The translations under genes were made by a program, and so were the position numbers. The notes under the pieces were generated by a model that was not told the origin of the DNA, made no database searches, and was given only the letters and a program-made list of their open reading frames with translations. Positions 25,088 through 36,949 of a DNA stretch of 64,000 nt are shown one piece after another; position 1 is the stretch's first letter; each line of letters begins with the position of its first letter. Origin of the DNA: Isurus oxyrinchus (Eukaryota); the NCBI GenBank assembly GCA_026770705.1, contig JANJGN010000013.1, positions 104,346,001 to 104,410,000 on the forward strand. The letters are read 5' to 3'.

Positions 25088-26644
25088 ATTTTAACTTCCT
25101 AACTCATCCTTTATATAGGTCCTCCCTATCAAATACCATTCCTCAAACAAACAAACAATTTTCTCCTGGTCCTCTGCTAATCTCATTGATGTTGGCGGCA
25201 AGGTGTTTTGCAAGACTATGTTTTGGTGACAATGCTCCTTATGGTGAAGTACCTGTCAAAACCTGGTGTCACTCCATTGCCCAAACTAGGTCTCATTAAA
25301 GATTGAACTTTTTGGTTGAATATAAATTTGGTGCCTGATGAGAAGACATCAGACAAGCTTACCCAAAGGCATGTGTTCTTATTGAGATGAAGAGCCTGGG
25401 CTAGATTTGCATCAATGTCTAAGGAGGCAAGTAACAATGGCCAACAATATCTCAATTAAATTTTTACTATTTTGCTACTATCAGAGGCAGTTTTGAAAGA
25501 CAAGGCGTAGTAGAAATTGGTTATGAGCATGTTTGGATGCATAATAAATATTGTACAGACAATGCATCCCTAAACAAGGAGGTGCTACAATCACCAAAAT
25601 TGTGCCTTGAACCTTATTTCAGTAATATGGGCAAAATGGCAGCATCTGTTGCACCTCCAGAGGCAGCACATCCAAATCAAAAGAATCAATTTCAGGCCAC
25701 TTACCTCAGCTAGCATCAGATTCAGGCAAATTCTGGATGGCAGCAGAGGGAGGTGGAGAATGGAAGAGACCCAGTCATGGGTCAGCAACGGCACTCAGGG
25801 GTATGGTGGAACTGGGAGGAACACATTTGCTCCTTCTGGTGCCACATCAAGCTTTCAAACAAAAACGTACGTACTTTTTTATTTAGCTGCAGCAAACAGC
25901 GGGCAGAGTGGGGTCCAATATCACTATCAGCCCCCAGTCATCTCCCACATCCAAGGCCAAGATAATTTTCTAAAGATCCAAGTCTTATTGTATCATTTCA
26001 AGAAGTATATTACTTAACTATGACTTAACTGTGAAAGAAAGTCAGCTTGGGTTTCAATGTTTACATCTGGATATTGTACTAGCTTTTCAAGTCTTTGCTT
26101 TAGATCAAAACATTTTGTTTTGTTAGGAATTTATAAATTGTATGAAAACTGCAGCATTCACTAACATTCACAAACAAAAAAAATTATTTCAACAATAACA
26201 CAAGTCAATGGCATTTCCATTCTTCACCCCCCCCCCCGCCACAATCATTACCAAGCAAAGGCACAATTCCACAGTACCAGTGGCCTAGCGGGGTTGCCAC
26301 ATCCAAGAAGAAACATAAGCCACCACCAGAGCAGAAAACTCTAGTTCCAATTCTTCCAACAGTTGGAAGAACTAGGAGCCCAGGGTCATGGAATTATATT
26401 AGAAACTTGAATGATTGTTATATTAATGCATCAATATACCATGAAGGGCAAAGTCAACATTGAATGTTAATCAGCACTGACTAAAATTGGGTGTCAGGCA
26501 CCTGCAAAAGCTTTATTATATTCTCAGATAATCAGGTAATTAAATATGCAGTTTATTGAAGTGTTGTTCAAATAGTTTGTGCACTAATGGAAAACCATTT
26601 ACAAATAACATAGAAAACCTGAACAGTGATGGCACTGTGATCTA

Positions 26645-27105
26645 GATTGGGCAGGTTGTCTTATGAGAAAAGGTTGGACAAGCTTGGCTTGTACCCACTG
26701 GAGTTTAGAAGAATAAGAGACGACTTGATTTAAACATAAAACCCTAAAGGGTTTTGAGAGGGTGGATTAGGAGAGGATGTTTCCTCTTGTGGGAGAATCT
26801 AGTGCTAGGGGTCACTGTTTAAAAATAAGGTGTCACCCACTTAGGAAAGAAATGAGGAGAGTTTTTTTTTTCTCAGAGGATTCAGAGTCTTTGGAACTGT
26901 CTTCCTCAAAAGGCGGTGGAAGTAGGATCTATGAATCTTTTTAAGGCAGAGGTAGATAGATTCTTGATAAGCAACGGGGTGCAAGGTTATCGGGGTTGGC
27001 GAGAATGTGGAGTTGAGCTTACAGTCAGATCAGCCATGATCTAATTGAATGGTGGAGCAGGCTCGAAGGGTCAAGTAGCCTACTCTTGCTCCTAATTCGT
27101 ATGAT
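26645..27105 (+). mobile_element. CR1 3' fragment
   Basis: Same 3' region as 4950-5390 (ttatgagaaaaggttggacaag...cctactcttgctcctaattcgtatg). Confidence 0.88.
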
Positions 27106-27119
27106 CATTTGAATGGGAT

Positions 27120-27590
27120 TCAGAGAATGGTAACAGCACAGAAGGAGGCCAATCAGCCTGTCATATCCATTCTCAGCTCTCTGTAAGAACTCATCAGCTA
27201 GTCCCATTCGCCTGTCTTATCCCCAGAGCCCTTCAGATATTTTCTCAACAGATAATCATACAATTTCATTTTGAAGGTTTCTATTAAATATGCCTCCACC
27301 ATACACTCAGACAGTGTATTCCAGATCCTAAACACTCACTGCATTAAGATTTTCCTCATGTCAACTCTGGTTATTTTGCCATTCACCTTAAATTAGTACC
27401 CTTTGGTTCTCAACCCTTCCACCAACATGAACAGTTTCGCTCCATCCACTCTGTGCAGATCCCTCATGATTTTGAGCACCTCGATCAAATCTCTCAACTT
27501 TCTCTTTTCCAAGGAGAACAGCTCCAGTTTCACCATTCTGTCCTCATAACTGAACTCTCATATCCCTGGAACTATTCTCATGTTTTCTTC
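27120..27590 (-). mobile_element. CR1 3' fragment, tail-to-tail with the previous copy
   Basis: cagcacagaaggaggcc...ccctcatgattttg, homologous to 11100-11530. Confidence 0.85.
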
Positions 27591-28074
27591 ACCTGGCAAC
27601 ACTGAAAATAATTTTTATTCAAAATTGACTCCACTACCCACCACGAAGGATTATAAAACAAATAAATTGAAAAAACAATAACAAAGTTCTGAGCATATCT
27701 TCGCATTACACAACCATTAAAACTTCATTAAATTGCCTCTTCCATTCAGTTATACAATTTAGTTCTTCAGCCCACTGCACTCAAGTATTAAATAGGATTT
27801 TTAACAAAGTTTTACACGAACATTTGTAATTTTCTACTTGCGCCAAATAATTCATCTGTTTATTCATTATGTACTGAGTTACATTCATTATAAACCTACA
27901 AGGTAATATCTAACCTGGGTAGTGTAGGTTTTGTTATGCATATAAAAGTGTTGATAAAAAATCTCCTATGTCTAGCAACTAAGCCAGAGGAAAAAATTCT
28001 GCAAGCATTTTAAAAAGTAGGCACAGAGTTGATGGTTCTACATTCTCAGCTTCCCTCAGTTTTAGCTTGTCTGT

Positions 28075-28202
28075 CCCTCTGGGTGCTGTAGATAACAATG
28101 TGCTTCCCTCTGGGTGCTGTAGATAACATGGTGCTTCCCTCTGGGTGCTGTAGATAACATGGTGCTTCCCTCTGGGTGCTGTAGTTCGCACGGCGCTTCC
28201 CT
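28075..28202. repeat. 31-bp minisatellite, about 4 copies
   Basis: Unit CCCTCTGGGTGCTGTAGATAACATGGTGCTT repeated head-to-tail with no spacers. Confidence 0.95.
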
Positions 28203-28838
28203 ATTCAATTACTTGCTATTTGGTATTTCATCATTTTTAGGTGGAAAATTTTTTTAGGTTGGACACTCGTAAAATTGCAAACATTGAAAGACTTTAATCA
28301 AGAAGTAACCTACAGGATTTTTGAGAATATCGGGAGGTGAGTGCAGCAAGTCTAAAATGATAAATGAATCAAAACTGAGCAATAGCAGAAAAGCTGGGAC
28401 AATAACTTTTCATAACAAATTTGCTGCTTCAAGTTTTATACCCCTTTGAAATTTTGGGTTTATCAATAATGAACGTTTTTCTATTTGGCTAATTGTCCAA
28501 AATGGAAGTCTAACACCTCACAAGCCACTGAAGAGTGCATCCGACAAACTTGATTGATGTTTCAAAACCTAGAAATTCTTTTGGATTCCAGAAAATTGAA
28601 GGGAGGAACCCTCATATCTCAAAACATTTCAGTTGCATGATGGCGTTTATCTTTTTTAAAAATACAGAACCTACAAGGGATATGCTAGTTTATTTCCCAG
28701 GCCTGTTTAGTTGTCTATTTAGACTGACAATGGTCCCTGGTGTCATTTTCCCTGCATAGCCCCTACAGTTGCCTTTCTGGTTCCCCTTCCGATAGCAGGA
28801 TTTGTGTCTATAGAACTAATCTTACTTCAGATTCTTAC

Positions 28839-29001
28839 CCGAATTGCAGCCTTGTTGCAGAATACTCTGGTGATTGCCAACCAAGTGGGCAAATCCAGCA
28901 TGTTTTGCAGTACCTCTTCATCAAGCTCCAAGTTGGTCAGCTGACCTTCACCTTTGAGGGTACTCAAATTAATTTTATCTGGTGACAGATTCTTGGTGAA
29001 C
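28839..29001 (-). CDS. BLTP3A: BLTP3A/UHRF1BP1-like coding exon 2 (chorein_N region), 163 nt
   Basis: Minus strand reads ttgtttcctag|G TTC ACC AAG...ATT CGG|gtaaga and encodes (R)FTKNLSPDKINLSTLKGEGQLTNLELDEEVLQNMLDLPTWLAITRVFCNKAAIR. This is the recognisable BLTP3 N-terminus; QLTN and AITRV favour paralog A over B. Confidence 0.93.
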
Positions 29002-29814
29002 CTAGGAAACAAAAAACAATGATACTTTGATTAATATGATTTCAGTTGTTGAAAAAAGCGGGATTTTAAATTAAATGCTTTTATTAAAGCCAAAGAAGAG
29101 GCAAAATTGGCAGAAAATGTTTGCTGGTTTGTAGTTGCTCTTCATTATATTGGAAGTCTTGACAACCTCAAACTATTTCTCAGTGAAAGAAGTCTTTTAT
29201 CTTAAATTTGGGTCAGGTATTGAAACAGGTTCTGGCAGCATGATACACATTAATGACCAAAGTTATAGAGGAATGCAACTAGTAACTAGTGAAGAGTGCA
29301 TTGAATAGAGTGCATACCACCACCATGCTCAATGTTATTACAACTTTGCAGCTCTTCCAAAGCTTCTCAAAGTTGAAAAAATAAATATTTTTACCAAGAG
29401 CTCCCATCTTCCTGTGGAGGCTTCAGGCCAATCCACATCCAACAACCTGCTCTTAAAACCTTGCTCATATCGTTGACAGCTATGACAAATTGCACCGCAG
29501 CAACTGAGACTACCCACAAACAATCAACATTCTAAAAAAGAGAGTCAATTTTTCCTATCTGTCAATATTAATAGATCCTTTAAAAAAAATTCCAGGACCC
29601 AGATCTGCATCTTTGCAAAAACCAATCAGTTCTTCCTTGGTACCCTGTTTTAAGCAACATGCTTAAAAAGGGGGAACCAAATTCAATACATAGTCAAGTA
29701 TGGATGTGGCTTTAGGGCAATCGCTTGCTCTCAAACGTCCTATTCCAGAAAGCCAGGCGGTGAAGGATAGAACTGGATCTTAATCTTTTACACAATTCAC
29801 AAGCGTTTTTTCTA

Positions 29815-30366
29815 GAGATAAGACCATAAGACACAGGAGCAAAATTCGGCCATTCGGTCCATCGAGTCTGCTCCACTATTCAATGAGATCATGGCTGATC
29901 TGATAATCCTCAACTCCACTTTCCTGCCTTTTCCTCATAACCCTTGATTCCCTTACTGATTAAAAATGTCTATCTCCACCTTGAATATACTTAACGACTC
30001 AGCTTCTACAGCCCTCTGCGGTAAAGAAGTCCACAGATTAACTATGCTCTGAGAGAAGAAATTCCTCCTCATCTCTGTCTTAAATGGGTGACCCCTTACT
30101 CTGAGATTATGCCCTCTGGTCCTAAACTCACACACAAGGGGAAAAAAACCTCTCAGCATCTACCCTGTCAAGCTCCCTAAGAATATTATATATTTCAATA
30201 AGGTCACCTCTCATTCTTCTAAACTTCAATGAGTATATGCCCAACCTACTCAATCTCTCCTCATAACAAAATCCCTCCATACTCGGAATCAACCTAGTGA
30301 ACCTTCTCTGGACTGCCTCCGATGCTAGTATATCTTTCTTTAGATAAGGGGACCAAAACTGATACA
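29815..30366 (-). mobile_element. Relatively young CR1 3' fragment
   Basis: ORFs QFWSPYLKKDIL..EAVQRRFTRLIP and RTRGHNLRVRG; tail (TCTTATGG)n. Confidence 0.92.
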
Positions 30367-31039
30367 CATTATAAAATGACCCTCAAAGCTCAACAACCAC
30401 AATTTAACACACACACAGACACACGCACACACAATTATAGAGTCCCCATGATCAATATAATATTAACATGAAGTGTGTAGAAAATATATGCAATCTTAAT
30501 GCTATTAAAACTCATTTCCTAAATGGCTGGTGCAGGGTTAGGCCAGTGAAGGCCTTTCAGCTGAGTCAGATTGAGGATCATTATTTCTTGAGAATCTAAT
30601 GCACAAAGCCAAAGTTTATAACATAGCACTAAAAATTGGAAAGAACAAAAGCAAAATTAGGTAAATCAAGAATTAGTGATTAAGTAAACTTTTAAAAACC
30701 TCAAAAATTTTAGGTTTCAAGTCATTGCGTTTTCCTAACTTTTGAAGTTCCAAAAAAAAGAAAATTTTTTTGTAACAGGACACGGCAATGAATTTTCTTT
30801 TCCACAGTGAGGATTTGGAGCCAGGAAGAGTTTACATAGCAGTTTAGTTGGCACAGAGAAAGTGCAAGTGAGGAAAGGATCATTGATCATGGTGTTACTA
30901 AGGAAAATACAAGAAAGCAAGAAAGGTTACAATGGAAAGAAAGAAGCTGGAATGAAAGAGGCATTTTGATTATATCATGTCTAGGAGGGTAACAGGTGCG
31001 TTAGAAGAACCTCCGCAAATATGTTAGCAATTATTGACA

Positions 31040-32540
31040 GCATTCCGGCAGCAGTACTTAAGACTTGTGCTCCAGAACTTGCCGTGCGCCCTAGCCAAGC
31101 TGTTCGAGTACAGCTACAATGCTGGCATCTACCTGGCTATGTGAAAAATTGCCCAGGTATGCCCTGTACACAAAAAGCAGGACGCCCCATCGGTCTACTC
31201 TCGAGCATCAGTAAAGTAATGGAAGGGGTCATCAATAGTGCTATCAGCAGCACTTGCTTAGCAAAACACTGCTCACAGATGCCCAGTTTGGGTTCCGCCA
31301 GGGCCACTCATCTCCTGACCTCATTTTAGCCTTGGTTTAAACATGGGCAAAAGAGCAGAACTCCCGAGGTGAGGTGAGAGTGACTGCCCTTGACATCAAG
31401 GCAGCATTTGACCTAGTGTGGAATCAAGGAGCCCTGGCAAAACTGGAATGAAAGGGGATCAGAGGGAAAGCTCTCCACTGGTTGGAGTCATACCCAGCAC
31501 AAAGGGAAATGGTTGCAGTTGTTGGAGGTCAGTCATCTCAGCTCCAGGACATCACTGCAGGAGTCTCTCAGGGTAGTGTCTTTGGCCTAACCATCTTCAG
31601 CTGCTTCATCAGCAACCTCCTTTCCATCATAAGGTCAGAAATGGGGATGTTCGCTGATGACTGCACAATGTTCAGCACCATTCGCAACTCCTCAAATACT
31701 GAAGCAGTCCATGTCCAAATGCAGCATAGCCTGGACAATATCCAGGCTTCGCCTAACAAGTGGCAAGTAACATTCACGCCATACAAGTATCAGACAATGA
31801 CTATCAGCAACAAGAGAGAATCCAACCATCGCTCGTTTATGTTGAATGGCATTACCATCAATGAATCCCCCATGATCAACGCCCAGGGGGTTACCATTGA
31901 CCTGGACTAGCCATATAAATACTGAGGCTACAAGAGCAGGTCAGAGGCTAGGAATCGTGCGATGAGTAACTCACCTCCTGATTCTCCAAAGCCTGTCCAC
32001 CATCTACAAGGCACAAGTCAGGAGTGTGATGGAATATTCCCCACTTGCCTATATGAATGCAGCTCCTACAATACCTACAACAGCTGGACACCATCAGGAC
32101 AAAGCAGCCAGCTTGATTGGCAGCACGTCCACAAACATTCACTCCCTCCACCACCGACGCACAGCAGCAGCAGTGTGTACCATCTACAAGATGCACTGCA
32201 GGAATTCATCAAGGCTCCTTAGACAGCACCTTCCAAACCCATGACTGCCACCACCTAGAAGGGCAAGCGCAGCAGAAAAATGGGAAGACCACTACCTGGA
32301 GGTTCCCCTCCAAGTAACTAAACATCCTGACATGGAAATATATCACCGTTCCTTCACTGTCGCTGGGTCAAAATCCTGGAACTCCCTTCCTAACAGCACT
32401 GTAGGTGTACCTAAACCACACGGACTGCAGGGATTCAAGGAGGCAGATCACCAGCACCTTTTCAAGGACAACTAGGGATGGGCAATAAATGCTGGCTCAG
32501 CCAGCAAAGCCCAAGTACCGTGAATGAATAAAAAAAAAAT
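31040..32540 (+). mobile_element. 5'-truncated LINE of the second CR1/L2-group lineage (RT to 3' end)
   Basis: IPAAVLKTCAPELA, PIGLLSSISKVME, GVSQGSVFG.TIFSCFI, MFADDC; ends gaatgaataaaaaaaaa. Confidence 0.92.
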
Positions 32541-32756
32541 CTAATCATGCATTTTAACTGAGCATTATTTAAAGGAATTAGTGCTTCACACAAAAGGACA
32601 AAGTCAAGTCTCACGGAGGCATCAGACAGGATGCGAGAGGTCCATTTCAAGTCGGAGGAATTAGTGTGGCATGTCATGTCAACAGATGGAGAACGGCTAA
32701 GCTGAGATGAAAGAAGTGGAAGTTCTTCGTTAGTTTCTTCACATTTCTTACAGATC

Positions 32757-33707
32757 TGTCATAAAAACTGTGTTGTGAAAACTCTGATGTGCTTTATTTG
32801 AAAAAAACGACTTGAATTTACTGGCTGGAAGCCCTTGATTTTTTTCAAAAAAGATAAAGCCACATTTCAAAACTATTGAAACGGAGACAATCTGTCTGCA
32901 AAACCGCACCAGGGAGAATGGCCTGGAAAGGGGATGAATGGAGGCCATCTCCTATCCCATTAGCAAACACCCAGACAATCACCTGTGTACTTAACTGGGT
33001 GGAGACAAACCATTGGGCATAATCACTTGGGCGAGGAATTCCCAGCCATGATATAATCAAATTATGTTTGGAATACACTAGCCATGACCTTATTTGGATA
33101 ATGGGGCAGCTGGAGAGAGGTGATCATGTGTCAACCCAATCTTTTGTGTGTTTTAAGCATTCGCTTTCTCTGCAGAACAGGTCAAGCAATGGATATGTTG
33201 AAGGAACAAGACTGAGTGGTTTTCTTTTCTCTCTCTCTCCATCTAACTTGAAACTTTTTTGAAACCTGTCTGCTGAATTTGGTTATCCAGATACTGTAGA
33301 CAGAGACTTTAAAAACTCAACATAGCACTGTTGTCCCCAAAAGAACAGATAAACGATCCGTCGACAACTATAAACCACCTCTCGTCAAAAGAAACATGGC
33401 TACCAAGTAAAAGCAGCAGGATTGCCTAATTCAGTGTGCGTGTGAACCTCAATTGTGTGAAAGGCAATGCATTTTTATTTTATGACTTGATATCGAGTTA
33501 AATACAAAAAAAAATCTTCTTTTTTCCCCCAAAATTCAAGGAAACCTGTCTGATCTTGTCTTCTAAGTTAAACAGTTATATCAGTTTTTTTTTAAAAACC
33601 TGTTGCGGTCAAACAAGGACACCTGATCTTGGCAATTGAAACAAAATTTTCACTGGCCACAAGGAAACAGAGGAAATCAGATGTAATCAAGATACTGCAC
33701 TGTGACA
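32757..33707 (+). mobile_element. Possible solo LTR (about 950 bp)
   Basis: Termini TGTCATA...TGTGACA (6/7 inverted match); non-coding; LTR-like size. No clean TSD. Confidence 0.5.
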
Positions 33708-34834
33708 GGACTGAATGCTCTGTGCACCAAGGGCTTGTGATCGAAAGGAAACAGAATTTAGCCACATGAATAAAGAATGTGACACTGGATTTCTACCACC
33801 CATCTTAACTGGGTTATGGTATGTAGGATGCTGCAATCTAATTCAGTAAGCAGTGCTATATAAGGCAAAAAGGGTGAAGAAAAAGTAAAAATTTCCAATC
33901 CCAATCACTAACTTTCCAAAAAGTATAGATATGGATGCTCAACAAGAAAGGGGTCTGTGCAGGCTGAGGTGCCACAAATGAAAAGCATTATCACAGCAAA
34001 ACAGTAACTTACATACAGCCCCATTAATGTTGAAGATTGTCTCAAGATGATTCATGGAATTACGAGGAGAACAGATTTAGCAGAAGAGGATAAATTATGA
34101 GTGGTAACCCAAAGTATTAAGGACAGTCTTAGAAGAGAAAGTTACAACTGTACAAGCTCGAGGAGGGGTTCAGATAATAGTATGAGGTATTAAAAAGCAG
34201 TTGGTATCAATTGTACATTAATTTTTAATTGAATGCAGATGATGGGTATTAATTGGTGACTCATTTGAATACATATAAATACACACATACTAAAACTTTG
34301 GGGGGCGGGGGAAGGTTAGGTGGTGTATACTTATATTTATTTACATGTGTGTGCGAAGATTGGCCCCAGTTATATCCTTCACTAACTGGCTTTCTGGAAT
34401 CTAACAGCTGATGCTCCTGAAAATATGCTTCAGCATCAGTCAGCAATTACAGGATTGAGGGGCAGGTGGACAGTGAAAAGATTATATCCTGGATTTTGCA
34501 GGCATTGCTGAATGATAGCGCCAGTTATCTTGCCCACTTTCAATGGGCTTTTGTACTGAAACTCGCTATGATTAGAAAGCCAAAACAGCATTTTGTCCTA
34601 GAAACTGAGTGCACAAGGCAAGCAACAGTGCATCTATTTAAGCAATCAGATTAGGGAAATCTTGCTAAGGCATATACAAAGTTCTGAACCAGTTAGAATC
34701 AGTATAGTTAATACAATATCAAATCATGTACATAAAGCAAAATAAAAGAGGGAGAGGATGGTGACATTGAGAGATGGCACTGACACCCCACTGTTATTTC
34801 TTTTGCAAAATGTGGGCCTATATTACAACGATGA

Positions 34835-34975
34835 GACACAAGAGGCCAGAATTAGAAGAGCGCATATATCTCTTGAAGGTTGTGGGGTTAGAGAAGATTA
34901 GAGGTAGGAAGGGATGAGGCCATGGAGGGATTTCAAAACAAAGATCAGAATTTTTAAATCAAGGCTTTGCTTGAC
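34835..34975 (-). mobile_element. L2 fragment
   Basis: gaggccagaatt...gaggccatggagggatttcaaaacaaagatcagaatttttaaatcaagg is the reverse complement of 40860-40975. Confidence 0.65.
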
Positions 34976-35640
34976 CAAAAAGGTTAAAAAGCCTAGCTCA
35001 AACCTCCAACAACACATCTGTCTACATTTTACTAAAAGCAACACTTTCTATCCCAAACCTTCAGACAATCAAATCACATAACAATATACATGCAATGAAT
35101 AGCACCTGTAAAGAGATTGGAATTAGAAAGCTTTTTCTACACACAAGTTTCCTGGAGTTATATCTTCTAATTTAATGTGCAAATTGAGTATGTTTCAATT
35201 AAGGTTTTGAGAAGGAGGGCATTTTGTATTAAAAAATGGACCAATATGGATTTGTTTCATTAATAGTCCAGTTTGAAGTGGTCTCATTTCCATTTTAGGG
35301 AGCATGCATTTCACATGGGTGTTGTTTTGGAGCAGCTTAAATATACCGTACTTCTTCCTTCTCCAATTTCAATTTTTAATCATATTTTCAGTCCCTATGT
35401 GCTATTAGTCGATTGCTAAGGCAGGTTACAAATTCAAGTTTTTAATAGCATCATTTTCCTCGAATGATTTCACAGCAGGCTCCACAAATGGGCCCAGTCC
35501 ATTAAGATCAGGATTAATATTTTTATTCCTAGCCTGTCGCATTTTCTCCTATGTTGGTTTTACATCTACTCTTCGGCAGGGTTGAAATCTTATTTTCCAC
35601 TATTGGGATGGAACTGCTTTTGTGTGCTCCTTGTAATTAG

Positions 35641-36552
35641 TTTTACAGCACAGTGGATGGTAAATGCTGAACTGTTCAAATCTCAGAGGGAAACTTGAAA
35701 CAGCTGCCACAACTGTTTTGCAATTTGTATTTTATTCTGAGATTCCAACCTTGAATTCAGCAGTAATAAGTTCACTGAGTGTGAGAGGTTTTTTTTTTTA
35801 CAAAACTAAATTAAACATTTATTAATAGAAGAAAAGATTTTAAGCACATACATAGGTATACAATTTACTACTAAAACTCCCAAATCCCCTAATTAATCTG
35901 GTTCCCAGTTACACCTCCGTTAAGGCAACAGTAAAAACAAATTTGAACAGGCCCAGGCAAAGCACACAATACCGTGGACAATGATATTCACAGTGAGTTT
36001 TCTTAGCTTCGGTTCCTATAGACAGCAACTTGACAACAACAGAGGCTGGGGCTTTTCACACTTGTGTTAGATTTTAGAATGCCTCCTCCCTTACACATAA
36101 CCTCATCGCCTTTATACATATTCCTCTTTTTTTAATGTAAATTCCATTGTTCCAATATATCTTTGCAACTTTACTTTTCTCATAATATAAATCTTTCATA
36201 GTACTAATTTTATCTGTAACCTTTGGGAAAAATAAACACACTGTTTGGCTTAGCTCCTTATGGCTAGGTATAACATCTTACCATCTCTTTGAAATTCAAA
36301 CTAACCCAATTTATCCAAAATTGCAAATATTCTTCACACCTCACATTCTAAAACTTCAGCTATGTTTACGTATTTAGCATTTCAAACCTAGCTTCCCTTT
36401 TGATAATTCAAAAGCTCCAGACCAGCTGCCTCCAATTCAATTAAATCCGCAACACACACATGCAAACAGAGAAATTAATTCAAACCCCATTATTAACCAA
36501 TCTTTCCAATAAATCACAATAATATTATGAAAATTATTATATTTTGATGACA
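35641..36552 (-). mobile_element. Solo LTR (about 910 bp), same family as 18840-19779
   Basis: Ends ...TGATGACA; flanks TTAG/CTAG (possible 4-bp TSD with 1 mismatch); shared blocks such as taacctttgggaaaaataaacac and ttttgcaatttgtattt. Confidence 0.7.
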
Positions 36553-36704
36553 CTAGCATCATTAGAACAGCATAACAGGAAGGTATACTCAACTCCAGTC
36601 TCTAGTTTGGCAAGAAAATTGTTGAAATTTTAAGAAGTTAAAAAGTCTTAAGGTGAACTTTTATCTTTTTTCTATGACTTACTTGTAACAATTACTTGTA
36701 AAAT

Positions 36705-36903
36705 TCTAAACAAAAACAGAATTACCTGGAAAAACTCAGCAGGTCTGGCAGCATCAGCGGAGAAGAAAAGAGTTGACGTTTCGAGTCCTCATGACCCTTC
36801 GACAGAACTTTTCTTCTCTGCCGATGCTGCCAGACCTGCTGAGTTTTTCCAGGTAATTCTGTTTTTGTTTTGGATTTCCAGCATCCGCAGTTTTTTTGTT
36901 TTT
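36705..36903. mobile_element. Young short Penelope-like insertion (inverted pseudo-LTR pair) with 14-bp TSD
   Basis: ATTACTTGTAAAAT at 36691-36704 and 36904-36917; arms 36708-36770 and 36808-36870 are inverted repeats; near-identical to 43210-43309. Confidence 0.92.
36771..36809 (-). ncRNA. Minimal type-I hammerhead ribozyme-like motif (variant core), sense to host pre-mRNA
   Basis: AGUU CUGUCGA A GGGUC AUGAG GACUC GAAAC GUC AACU: helix I AGUU/AACU, helix II GGGUC/GACUC, palindromic helix III ACGU, GUC cleavage triplet. Confidence 0.65.
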
Positions 36904-36949
36904 ATTACTTGTAAAATACTTACTTGTAACAAGAGCCTCTTAAAGATAT

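Noticed and set aside
28075-28202. CRISPR-like array
   Set aside because: Head-to-tail units with no unique spacers, eukaryotic context and no cas genes; it is a minisatellite.
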